This document shows positions 1 through 8,213 of a stretch of DNA of 64,000 nt, piece by piece. Both the position numbers and the translations under genes were made by a program. The notes below the pieces were generated by a model, which ran no database searches, had not been told where the DNA came from, and saw only the letters and a program-made list of their open reading frames with translations. Location of the stretch: assembly GCA_963751585.1 (NCBI GenBank), contig CAVVVB010000017.1:28993-92992 (forward strand), given 5' to 3'. How positions within the stretch are numbered: position 1 is the stretch's first letter; every line of letters starts with the position of its first letter. The DNA comes from an uncultured Chloroflexia bacterium. Lineage in GTDB: Bacteria; Chloroflexota; Dehalococcoidia; GIF9; UBA5629.

Positions 1-1335
1 GTCCAACTGGCCGTACTTCTACTGTCCTTAGCCGGCTACATCTGGATAGGCTATTTTACGGTACGAACCAACTTTATTCAGCTTATAACTATATACTTTC
101 TTCTATTCGGGCTTTATATCTTCGCAGTCTACGCCAAAATATTTGAAAACCGTGTTAAGGTGGCCATTGGCGCCGCTCTGCTGTTTCGACTGTCCTTGCT
201 CTTCATGACTCCCAATCTGACAGATGATTATTTCAGATTCATCTGGGACGGTCTGTTTGTCGCCCATGGCTTTAATCCCTACCTGGTAATGCCTTCTACG
301 TTCATTCACGCCTCCCAGACGGTTCCTGGAATCAGCCTGTCCCTTTTCAGCCAGCTCAATTCGCCAAACTATTACACAGTTTATCCACCTGTCTGTCAGT
401 TCATATTCGGATTCGCGGCAAGATTGTTCGGCGGCAACATACTGGGAAATATCATCACAACACGCATTTTCATACTACTTGCCGAGTTCGGCACTATCGC
501 TCTGCTCTACCGATTAGCGCAAAAATTCCGGAAGACAACGGGCCTGGTACTTTTATATGCGTTGAATCCACTCACCATTATCGAACTCACCGGGAATCTG
601 CATTTTGACGCCACGATGATATTCTTTCTCTTATTGGCGGTTTACCTGTTAGCAAATGAGCACCAGACATATTCCGCCCTTAGCTTTGCGGCAGCTGTTG
701 GCACCAAGTTGGTGCCGCTTCTCTTCCTGCCACTACTCATAAAACGGCTGGGGTGGAACAGAAGCTTAAGGTATTTCGGCATAGTTTTTGCAACGCTGGT
801 AATATTATTTTCACCTTTCCTGAGTGTCCATTCCGTCTCAAATTTCCTCTCCAGTGTATCTCTATACTTCCGGGTATTTGAATTTAACGCCAGTATCTAT
901 TACATAGCAAGATGGATCGGTTTTCTGATCACCGGGTACAATATGATTGCCGTTTCCGGCATCGTTCTTTCAATCCTAGCCTTCTTTGCTATCATTGCCA
1001 TAGCTTTTACAGAAAAGGAAACTGACTGGAAATCGTTATTTGGCAGCATGTTGTTCTGTGCAACGGCATATCTACTTTTTGCCACCACCGTTCACCCCTG
1101 GTATTTAACGCTGCTAATAATGTTTTCCGTATTCACCCGGTATAAATACGCGATAGCTTGGTCCTTACTTATAATGCTCACCTACGCGGCATATCGAACC
1201 ATACCTTATACGGAGAACCTTTGGTTGGTGGCAACCGAATACCTGATAGTCGTAGGATGGATGGTATATGAAGTTCTGAGCCGGCGGCCCGGTCATAGAA
1301 CACCAGAGGTGCCGAGTCATCTACCTTCACGTTGA
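1..1335 (+). CDS. Integral membrane protein, GT-C-like glycosyl/mannosyltransferase family (5' end outside window)
   Basis: Frame 1 is open from nt 1, with no stop before the listed ORF at 160, so the gene starts upstream. It has many hydrophobic helices. The motif NLTDDYFRFIWDG followed by a loop and repeated TM segments resembles DUF2029/PMT_2-type transferases (from memory). Confidence 0.5.
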   Translation, partial: VQLAVLLLSLAGYIWIGYFTVRTNFIQLITIYFLLFGLYIFAVYAKIFENRVKVAIGAALLFRLSLLFMTPNLTDDYFRFIWDGLFVAHGFNPYLVMPSTFIHASQTVPGISLSLFSQLNSPNYYTVYPPVCQFIFGFAARLFGGNILGNIITTRIFILLAEFGTIALLYRLAQKFRKTTGLVLLYALNPLTIIELTGNLHFDATMIFFLLLAVYLLANEHQTYSALSFAAAVGTKLVPLLFLPLLIKRLGWNRSLRYFGIVFATLVILFSPFLSVHSVSNFLSSVSLYFRVFEFNASIYYIARWIGFLITGYNMIAVSGIVLSILAFFAIIAIAFTEKETDWKSLFGSMLFCATAYLLFATTVHPWYLTLLIMFSVFTRYKYAIAWSLLIMLTYAAYRTIPYTENLWLVATEYLIVVGWMVYEVLSRRPGHRTPEVPSHLPSR

Positions 1336-1414
1336 TTTCAGTGCTGTTCTATCAGTAGAATTCAAGCAATGCCATTTGCGACAATCAGGCAACAGACCGG
1401 AAAAGGAGCTTAAA

Positions 1415-2297
1415 ATGGCAAGCATCTTAGTCATAGGTGCGGGCTACATGGGCTGTGGCATTGGGCAGGTATGCGCTCAGGCAGGCTGGCAAGTACACTT
1501 GATGGACGTTAAAGCCGCAGCTTTAGATAAAGCCATGACTGATACGAAGTGGTCGCTGGACAAATTGAACGGTAAAGGGGTGCTCAAAGAACCCACAGAT
1601 ATTATCTTGAATCGCATAAAACCCGAGCATGACTTTAGCTGCGCCGCCAAAGTGTCATGGGTCATTGAAGCCTCCCCGGAAATAGAGTCACTCAAGGACG
1701 CAAATCTTTCGAGAAGCCGACCGGCTTGCTTCACCAAATACTCCACTGGCCTCCAACACGTCCGCCATTCCCATCACTCGCCTGGCTCAAGCAACGCAGC
1801 ATCCGGAGAGAGTTCTGGGCCTTCACTTTTTCGGACCTGTCCCTCTGATGAGCTTAGTTGAAGTGACTAAAGGTGAAAAGACCTCCGCGACAATATTCGA
1901 ACAAGGCTTAGCGTTTGTGAAATCGCTGGGCAAAATACCGGTTCGAGTGGAGAGAGATGTGCCGGGTTTCGTAATGAACCGGATCTTCGCTGCTGCCTTT
2001 CGCGAGGCGGTCGACCTGGTCGCTGAAGGCATAACAACTGTTGAAGACGTGGATATAGGTATGCGATTGGGCTACGGTTGGAATGCCGGTCCCTTTGAAA
2101 TCGCCGATAACGCCGGAATTGACACCTGGGCTCTCATAGGGCAAACGATGAAAGCTTTGGGAGCAGGAAACCTGGTACCTCGTTCCGACATCATAGAACA
2201 ACTGGTCAAAGAGGGCCGCTTAGGCCGTAAGGTCGGAAAGGGATTCTACCGATATACACCAGAGGGCAAACGCCTCCCATGGCACCACCAAGATTAG
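1415..2297 (+). pseudogene. hbd: 3-hydroxyacyl-CoA (3-hydroxybutyryl-CoA) dehydrogenase, interrupted by a +1 frameshift (or assembly indel)
   Basis: RBS AAAGGAG precedes an ATG at 1415, followed by the Rossmann motif VIGAGYMGCGIGQ. Homology runs in frame 2 up to ...SPEIESLK (nt 1696). It continues in frame 3 from 1698 as TQIFREADRLASPNTPLASNTSAIPITRLAQATQHPERVLGLHFFGPVPLMSLVEVTKG. There is one extra base in the GG at 1696-1697. Confidence 0.8.
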
Positions 2298-2372
2298 AGG
2301 GCACATTAATATCTCAAAGCGGTAACCTTCGTTGACCAGTGCGAAATTTTGGGCTAGAATGAAGCTGTTTTT

Positions 2373-2447
2373 GCGGGAGTAACTCAGTGGTAGAGTTCCT
2401 GCCTTCCAAGCAGGCTGTCGCGGGTTCGAGTCCCGTCTCCCGCTCCA
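2373..2447 (+). tRNA. tRNA-Gly(UCC): tRNA-Gly (anticodon UCC), CCA encoded
   Basis: Cloverleaf read by eye: acceptor GCGGGAG/CTCCCGC, D arm ACTC/GAGT, anticodon stem CCTGC/GCAGG with loop CTTCCAA, T arm GCGGG-TTCGAGT-CCCGT, discriminator T, then CCA. Confidence 0.93.
2400..2444 (+). repeat. attL-like core: 3' 45 nt of tRNA-Gly, identical to 29071-29115
   Basis: Exact 45/45 direct repeat TGCCTTCCAAGCAGGCTGTCGCGGGTTCGAGTCCCGTCTCCCGCT. Confidence 0.85.
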
Positions 2448-2456
2448 ATTAGCTTC

Positions 2457-2485
2457 AAAATCTGCCTTCAGCGGCAGATTTTTTC
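2457..2485 (+). terminator. Rho-independent terminator after tRNA-Gly
   Basis: Stem ATCTGCC (2460-2466) pairs with GGCAGAT (2473-2479), with a 6-nt loop and a following T6 run. Confidence 0.75.
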
Positions 2486-2583
2486 ATGTCTAGACACCCT
2501 GCCATAAAAGCAGGATGTCGTAAGAAACTTCTGAATCAAACGTAAAATTCAAAAACTAGTCAACCTGCCTTATTAACATGAAA

Positions 2584-2627
2584 AGTCACAAGATAGTCAC
2601 AATGAGATCACAGCTAAGTCACGGTTC
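2584..2627. repeat. Four imperfect 11-bp phased direct repeats (AGTCACAnnnn)
   Basis: GTCAC at 2585, GTCAC at 2596, ATCAC at 2607 and GTCAC at 2618, so the spacing is exactly 11 bp. The reverse complement core TGTGAC resembles the TGTAAC core of the 7492-7548 array. Confidence 0.7.
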
Positions 2628-2852
2628 TGAATATTGACTAAATCACACAGAAGAGGCGATTGTTCCTTTATGGCATTTCCACTGAAGCAAAGCAGAGATG
2701 ATTCTGATTCAACACCAGCACCGGCTCCAGAACCCCCAGCGTAGGCCTGGGCATTTACCGCCATCGACGCGGCTCTGGTAATCGCCCTGATAGTCCTCTT
2801 TTCTAACTTCCGCCCTAAGTGAATTCCCCCCCCCACCCACCCAAAAAAAATG

Positions 2853-2880
2853 TTGACAAACCAAAAAAAGACATTAGAAT
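2853..2880 (+). promoter_or_regulatory. Sigma70-like promoter (TTGACA-16-TAGAAT) preceded by a C9..A8 tract
   Basis: TTGACA at 2853-2858 and TAGAAT at 2875-2880. An A8 run (2843-2850) sits just upstream like an UP element. The promoter lies about 200 nt upstream of the 3083 start. Confidence 0.55.
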
Positions 2881-3082
2881 AGGGCTGCTCAACCTGAAAT
2901 GACCTGGGTTCCTATAAGTTAATATTTGGCGGAGAAGCTGAGATTACAAGGTAAGGGCGCTAGTACCACAATGATATGATATCTGCTTAAGCAAGAGGCT
3001 CAAGGAGGTGATACATAACATAATTTATTGACGTTAAACTACGCTGTGACCTTTGCCCATGAATTGAGAAGGAGGAATTATT

Positions 3083-4219
3083 ATGAAGAAGCTATTTTCA
3101 GTCTTGTTGTTTATTGTACTGCTGGTCGGTTTGATTCTCGGCGGTTGCGCCGCTCCAGCTCCGGCCCCAGCCCCTGCACCAACACCAGCCCCGACACCAG
3201 CACCCGCATCCACACCGGCACTGTCTGCCGCACCAGCATCCGTAATCGATGTCTTCTGTCACGTTCTACCATCGAAGTATATGGAAGCTCTCAAGGCGCA
3301 ACTGCCCAAAGATTATTTTTTCAATATCATGTTCCAAATCTTTCCACAGCTGTATGATATGGATGCAAGATTCAAAGACACTGATATCCCGGGCTATAAA
3401 CAGGTAATATCTTTGGTGCTACCTGTTGAGGCAGTCGCTGACCCACAAAAAGCGGTAACCCTGGCACAGATGGCAAACGACGAAATGGCAGGGCTGGTCA
3501 AACAGTATCCGGATAAGTTTGCCGGGGCGATAGGCTGTCTACCAATGAATAATATGGACGCCGCTTTGAAAGAGGCGGACAGGTGCATAAACGTCTTGGG
3601 CTTTAAAGGCGTACAGATATACACGCCGACAAACGATAAGCCCTTGGACTCACCGGAATTCATACCGCTTTATGAAAAGATGCTTAAGTATGATTTACCC
3701 ATCTGGATTCACCCGTGGAGAGACCCGAGCTACCCGGATTATAGGACAGAAACCACATCAGAATTGCTGGCATTTCTCACGTGGGATTGGGATTTTGAGG
3801 AAACACTAGCTATGCATCGGTTGGCCTTAAGCGGCATTCTGGAAAAATATCCCAACCTGAAGTTTATTGTTCATCACGGTGGCTCGATGATACCGTTCTT
3901 CAATTCGAGGATACCCAACGCCGGCCAACCCGGTCTATTCACGCTGGGTGATCCAAAAATTTATGCGAAGCTCAGCAAGCCTACAATTGCGTATTTTAAG
4001 ATGTTCTACCCTGATACATCTAGCATGCCCGGGTCGGCGATAATAGAAATTCCCACTCAATTCTATGGTGCCGACCACATGCTATTTGCCACCGATTATC
4101 CCTTTCCAAATTCAAGTCCAAGTAAGATCATTGATTACGTAAGGAATATGAACATCAGCGATGCAGACAAAACAAAGATCTTTGAGACCAATGCCAAAAG
4201 ACTGCTGAAATTACCATAG
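3083..4219 (+). CDS. Lipoprotein-anchored amidohydrolase_2 family protein (ACMSD/LigW-like metal-dependent hydrolase/decarboxylase)
   Basis: RBS AGGAGG is present. The signal peptide has the lipobox LILGG|C, followed by a Pro/Ala/Thr linker (APAPAPAPAPTPAPTPAPAS...). The core carries IDVFCHVLP, WIHPW, VHHGGSMIPF and FATDYPFP. Confidence 0.8.
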   Translation: MKKLFSVLLFIVLLVGLILGGCAAPAPAPAPAPTPAPTPAPASTPALSAAPASVIDVFCHVLPSKYMEALKAQLPKDYFFNIMFQIFPQLYDMDARFKDTDIPGYKQVISLVLPVEAVADPQKAVTLAQMANDEMAGLVKQYPDKFAGAIGCLPMNNMDAALKEADRCINVLGFKGVQIYTPTNDKPLDSPEFIPLYEKMLKYDLPIWIHPWRDPSYPDYRTETTSELLAFLTWDWDFEETLAMHRLALSGILEKYPNLKFIVHHGGSMIPFFNSRIPNAGQPGLFTLGDPKIYAKLSKPTIAYFKMFYPDTSSMPGSAIIEIPTQFYGADHMLFATDYPFPNSSPSKIIDYVRNMNISDADKTKIFETNAKRLLKLP

Positions 4220-4711
4220 TGATTTAGGGAACGAGTTTATTATTGATTTCAGTTATAACTCTGGGCGGCAACAAGGTCTTGAGGCCAAAAAATGACAACG
4301 TAAATATACTGCTGCCTCTAAAAAATCACCCTTTAATTAAGCTAAGACGGCGAGAGAGAGGACTGGCAATATTGTAAGGAAAAGTTGAAAAGTGCTATCC
4401 AGAGCCGTACGTTTTTAGAGGGCCTGTGAGGAGCCAGGCATAAATTCGGTATCCGGCTAGTGACGATGGAATAGTGAAAATCGCTCCCATGTGTTGGGCT
4501 TCTCTTTTGGGTCGCATATTTTGCGGAATGAAATAGTGATGCCTGGGAGACTAGGTGAATAAACGAAGCAAGACAACAAACAAGGAAGGAGAGAACAATC
4601 AAGATCGTCAGCAACATGGGGACTAGTATATGAGGACCAGAGTCAAGTTATAAGATGTATAATCAAAGTTGAATAATATGCCACAGAAAGACACGATAAA
4701 GAGCCATTGGC

Positions 4712-6667
4712 ATGGAAACTACAAATATATTTGAGCGCAAGCAAACCGATAAACAACTGCAATTACTTAGCTCGATTGCAGAAATGGCATTGGATGCCAT
4801 TATCGTTACTGATACCAACTTCAAGATTGTCTATGTGAACAACGCTGTCCAGGACTTATATGGTTATTCTGAAAAGGAACTAATCGGAAATACGTTAGCG
4901 ATGCTGAATGCAGAACCGATTTCAGCAGAAATCCAGAAGGATATTTACACGATAGTTAAGAAAGGTGAGGTCTGGTTGGGGTCAATTTTGAAAAAGAAGA
5001 GGGATGGTAGCACATTCATATGCGGATGCAAAATTGCCCCGTATTATGACAACGAAGGTCAAATAGTAGCCCATATTAGTATCAACCGTGACATTACCAA
5101 GGGAGAGAACTGGGAACAACAGCACCGAGCAATTATGCAAGCAGCTGTCGACGGTTTTTGGACGCACGACCTGCAGGGGAAGCTACTTGAAGTCAATGAT
5201 GCCTACTGCAAGATGATAGGGTACACTGCCAAAGAACTGCTAGAGATGTCCATACCGGACTTCGAAGCTATCGAAATTACTGAAGATACTACTCGGCGTA
5301 TCCATAAACTAAATAAGCAGGGGTACAACCAATTATTCGAGCGTAGGCATAAGTGCAAGGATGGCAGGATAATTGATGTTGAGATTAGTTCTAGTTATCT
5401 CGATATGGGAAATGGGCAAATAATTACGTTTATCAGAAACATTACCGAACGCAAGGAGGCAGAAAAATTTCTAATAGAATCGGAACTGAAGTATAGGGAC
5501 CTGTATGATAATGCGCCGGTAACTTATTTCTCAGTAAACAATGACGGCTTGATTATAGAAAGCAACAAGGCGGCTCAAAATTGGTTAGGCTATTCTGCGG
5601 AAGAGCTTAAGGGCATGGAGGTCTTAGATATTTACGCTGAGGGGTCGAGACCAAAAGCACGGCTCCTCTTAGAGCGATTCAAACAGGGTCAATCAACTGA
5701 GAGTGAAGAAATGGTTTATTTAAGGAAGGACAAGCATCAGGTCTACGGTCTTCTCTCGGTTAGTCCAGTAATAGACTCATATGGCAAAGTTGTTGCCAGC
5801 CGTAGTGTAGTGAAAGACATAACTGAACGCAAGCAAATGGATGAACAACTGAGCAAATATAGCGAGCGTCTTGAGGAACTGGTGAAAAAGCGCACCCTTC
5901 AATTATCATCGGCGAATGAACAGCTGGAGAGTATGCTGCGACAGCAAAGAGATATGATTAGTCAGAGGGCCGATTTCACCAGGGCATTGGTGCATGAGCT
6001 AAAGACACCTCTTACTGGCATAGTTAGTTCCAGTGAGATACTGACCACGCGGCTTCAGGATAAACTGGAGCTAAAGTTGGCTAAAAACATATATAGAGGT
6101 GGTTTAAGTCTTAATACTAGGATTGATGAGCTCCTTGACCTAGCCAAAGGTGAAGTCGGTATACTCAAGGTTACATGTAAGTCATTAAATCCATTAAAGT
6201 TAATCCGTGAGGTGGCTGAGGGTATGACCCCAGAAGCCAGCAAGAGGGGGCAATCTATCATTCTGGATATTCCCAGATCATTACCTCGTATTTGGGCGGA
6301 TAGGGAGAGGATTAGGCAGATTCTTTTGAATCTTATCAGCAATGCCCTAAAATTTAATTCGGACGAAGGTAGATTAACTGTAAGAGCAAGGGCAGAAGGC
6401 GCCTCCATTGTATTCGAGATTGAGGATGAAGGCAGAGGTATGACTGGGGAAGAACAGGAGAGGTTATTCCAACCTTATTATCGAACCGATAGTGATCGGG
6501 AGAAACTTAGCGGGCTCGGATTAGGCCTGGCCCTATCAAAGAGACTGATTGAGCTGCACCAGGGACAGATATGGGTGAAAAGCCAAAAAGGGGAGGGCAG
6601 CACCTTCATTTTTTCGATACCTTTGGCTACTGAGGTAGAACACGGAAGCGGAGAGACGCATGGATGA
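4712..6667 (+). CDS. Cytoplasmic multi-PAS sensor histidine kinase
   Basis: Several PAS-like modules end in RNITERK/KDITERK. The H-box is ALVHELKTPL, the N-box LISNALKFN, and the G-boxes DEGRGM and GLGLGLALSKRL. No TM segment is present. Confidence 0.9.
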   Translation: METTNIFERKQTDKQLQLLSSIAEMALDAIIVTDTNFKIVYVNNAVQDLYGYSEKELIGNTLAMLNAEPISAEIQKDIYTIVKKGEVWLGSILKKKRDGSTFICGCKIAPYYDNEGQIVAHISINRDITKGENWEQQHRAIMQAAVDGFWTHDLQGKLLEVNDAYCKMIGYTAKELLEMSIPDFEAIEITEDTTRRIHKLNKQGYNQLFERRHKCKDGRIIDVEISSSYLDMGNGQIITFIRNITERKEAEKFLIESELKYRDLYDNAPVTYFSVNNDGLIIESNKAAQNWLGYSAEELKGMEVLDIYAEGSRPKARLLLERFKQGQSTESEEMVYLRKDKHQVYGLLSVSPVIDSYGKVVASRSVVKDITERKQMDEQLSKYSERLEELVKKRTLQLSSANEQLESMLRQQRDMISQRADFTRALVHELKTPLTGIVSSSEILTTRLQDKLELKLAKNIYRGGLSLNTRIDELLDLAKGEVGILKVTCKSLNPLKLIREVAEGMTPEASKRGQSIILDIPRSLPRIWADRERIRQILLNLISNALKFNSDEGRLTVRARAEGASIVFEIEDEGRGMTGEEQERLFQPYYRTDSDREKLSGLGLGLALSKRLIELHQGQIWVKSQKGEGSTFIFSIPLATEVEHGSGETHG

Positions 6668-7355
6668 TTTCAACAAAATACTCATCGTAGAGGACAATCA
6701 AGAAGTTGTTGAAGCCGTTTCTTTAGCCATTCAGATACGCTGGCCAGGATCAACAATTATGTCTACAGACAGCGGAAGAAAAGGGATAGAGTTGGCAATA
6801 GGAAAGCAGCCCGATATTATCATTCTTGATCTGGGCTTGCCTGATATTAGCGGGTTTGAGGTTCTAAAGGATATCCGTAATTTCTCTTCTATTCCCGTAA
6901 TCGTACTGACAGTAAGAGGAGAAGAAGCGGACGTCGTTAGAGGTCTTGAGTTGGGCGCCGATGAGTATATTGTAAAACCATTTCGTCAATTCGAGCTATT
7001 ATCCCGAATAAGAGCCCTAACCAGAAGAAAATATACGATCGAAGAAAATACCCCAATTGTCTCCGGGTCGCTTTGTTTTTACCCGATGGAACGTGTTGTA
7101 AAATTTAAGGGGCGGGAGATAAGTCTTACTCATTCGGAAAGTGTTATCCTGCAGCAACTAATGAAAAGGGCGGGTACCGTAGCGAGCCATGAGATACTAG
7201 CACAAGAGTTATGGGGCACTAATTATCCTGATGCCATCTCCGGTATAAAGGTTTATATAAGACGACTTCGGCAAAAGATTGAGGAAGACCAAGATCATCC
7301 GAAGCTAATCCTGACAAAGCATGGCTTGGGCTACTTATTTGCCAAGTCAGATTAA
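6660..7355 (+). CDS. OmpR/PhoB-family response regulator
   Basis: The receiver domain (ILIVEDN, IILDLGLPD, VKPF) is followed by a winged helix (IKVYIRRLRQKIE...HGLGYLF). The start overlaps the kinase stop (ATGGATGA). Confidence 0.9.
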   Translation: MDDFNKILIVEDNQEVVEAVSLAIQIRWPGSTIMSTDSGRKGIELAIGKQPDIIILDLGLPDISGFEVLKDIRNFSSIPVIVLTVRGEEADVVRGLELGADEYIVKPFRQFELLSRIRALTRRKYTIEENTPIVSGSLCFYPMERVVKFKGREISLTHSESVILQQLMKRAGTVASHEILAQELWGTNYPDAISGIKVYIRRLRQKIEEDQDHPKLILTKHGLGYLFAKSD

Positions 7356-7491
7356 CATCTAAATGGTATTCTATAATCCTATACGAAGCACATCTTAATA
7401 AAAGCCACTATCAACTTCAATCTCTCCTCTTTTTTCGTGCATTAATATGGCCCTGATCGGATTGCTATATCGCCTCATGCTATCTGAGCTA

Positions 7492-7548
7492 CTGTTTTAC
7501 CAAACTGTAACCAAACTGTAACCAAACTGTAACCAAACTGTAACCAGA
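7492..7548 (+). repeat. Tandem 11-bp direct repeats CTGTAACCAAA (4 good copies plus 1 degenerate); candidate response-regulator binding array
   Basis: CTGT starts at 7492 (13-nt degenerate unit), 7505, 7516, 7527 and 7538. The array lies 137 nt after the regulator gene and about 105 nt before the 7654 start. Confidence 0.85.
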
Positions 7549-7653
7549 GTGCAATGTGTCCACCAGTACTCTGTTTGTTAAACTTGTGATTAAATATAGG
7601 GTCGTTGAAATTGGTGCGCGTAAGTGGATAAAAAATAAGGAGGTTGAAAATAA

Positions 7654-8106
7654 ATGGAGGGAGAACAAATCCAGGTAGATGTTTCATCTGTTATCTTGTC
7701 TGATATCGATGACAAGAGAATCACTTTGGGGGACTTCAAAGGTAAGGTGGTACTTTTGACGGGAGGTGCAAACGCAGCGGCAAAACAATCGGAAGAATGG
7801 CTCCAGGCTTTGGTAGGAGAATGTAGCACAATGAAGGATGTTAAATATGCGCCTATAGCTTTTGTTGGGAAATTACCCCCATTTATTCCCAAGGGCATGA
7901 TAAAGGGAGAATTCAAAAAAATGGTGCAGACACCTTTAATTGCTTGGGATGATGGTCCGCAAAAGACACTAGGGCTCATAAAAAAGAATGTCAGCCATGC
8001 CTTCGTAATAGATAAACAGGGAGTGCTTCGATTCAGGCTGGCAGCACCGCTCTCTGATGAGAGTTTAAAGACAGTAATGGGGCAAGTTAAGAAGTTAGCC
8101 GCTTAA
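7654..8106 (+). CDS. Thioredoxin-fold (TlpA/AhpC-like) protein lacking the CxxC motif, copy 1
   Basis: The redoxin-like pattern ITLGDFKGKVVLL...FVIDKQGVLRFRL is present. The CxxC position reads TGGANAAAK. RBS AAGGAGG. About 70% identical to the 10343 copy. Confidence 0.6.
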   Translation: MEGEQIQVDVSSVILSDIDDKRITLGDFKGKVVLLTGGANAAAKQSEEWLQALVGECSTMKDVKYAPIAFVGKLPPFIPKGMIKGEFKKMVQTPLIAWDDGPQKTLGLIKKNVSHAFVIDKQGVLRFRLAAPLSDESLKTVMGQVKKLAA

Positions 8107-8213
8107 CTTGAACAACGCTCATATAGAGTAGCGCCGTTTATCGCAAAGTTACACAGCCGAACATTGGGGGCTCGAAACATTGAGCCATAACAGTAGAAAG
8201 GGGGATTTTATCG

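Noticed and set aside
2486-2852. Search for an integrase remnant next to tRNA-Gly, including the minus-strand ORF 2597..2836.
   Set aside because: No frame shows recombinase motifs (no R..H.xR..Y pattern). The 79-aa ORF is Gly/Ala-rich low complexity overlapping the repeat array. I cannot support a pseudo-integrase.
3028-3357. ORF 3028..3357 (+), which overlaps the start of the amidohydrolase gene in another frame.
   Set aside because: It runs through the Pro/Ala-linker-coding repeat and has no RBS. The 3083 frame has an RBS, a signal peptide and family motifs.
4220-4711. The 490-nt gap before the histidine kinase gene, with minus-strand ORF 4342..4617. I looked for an sRNA, a riboswitch or a small gene.
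   Set aside because: I recognised no conserved RNA motif, terminator or convincing RBS/start. The 91-aa ORF has no features. The region is left unannotated.
7492-7548. Possible CRISPR or minisatellite interpretation of the 11-bp tandem repeat.
   Set aside because: The units are contiguous with no spacers and far too short for CRISPR repeats. No cas genes are present. The 11-bp phasing and the adjacent OmpR-type regulator fit a binding-site array better.
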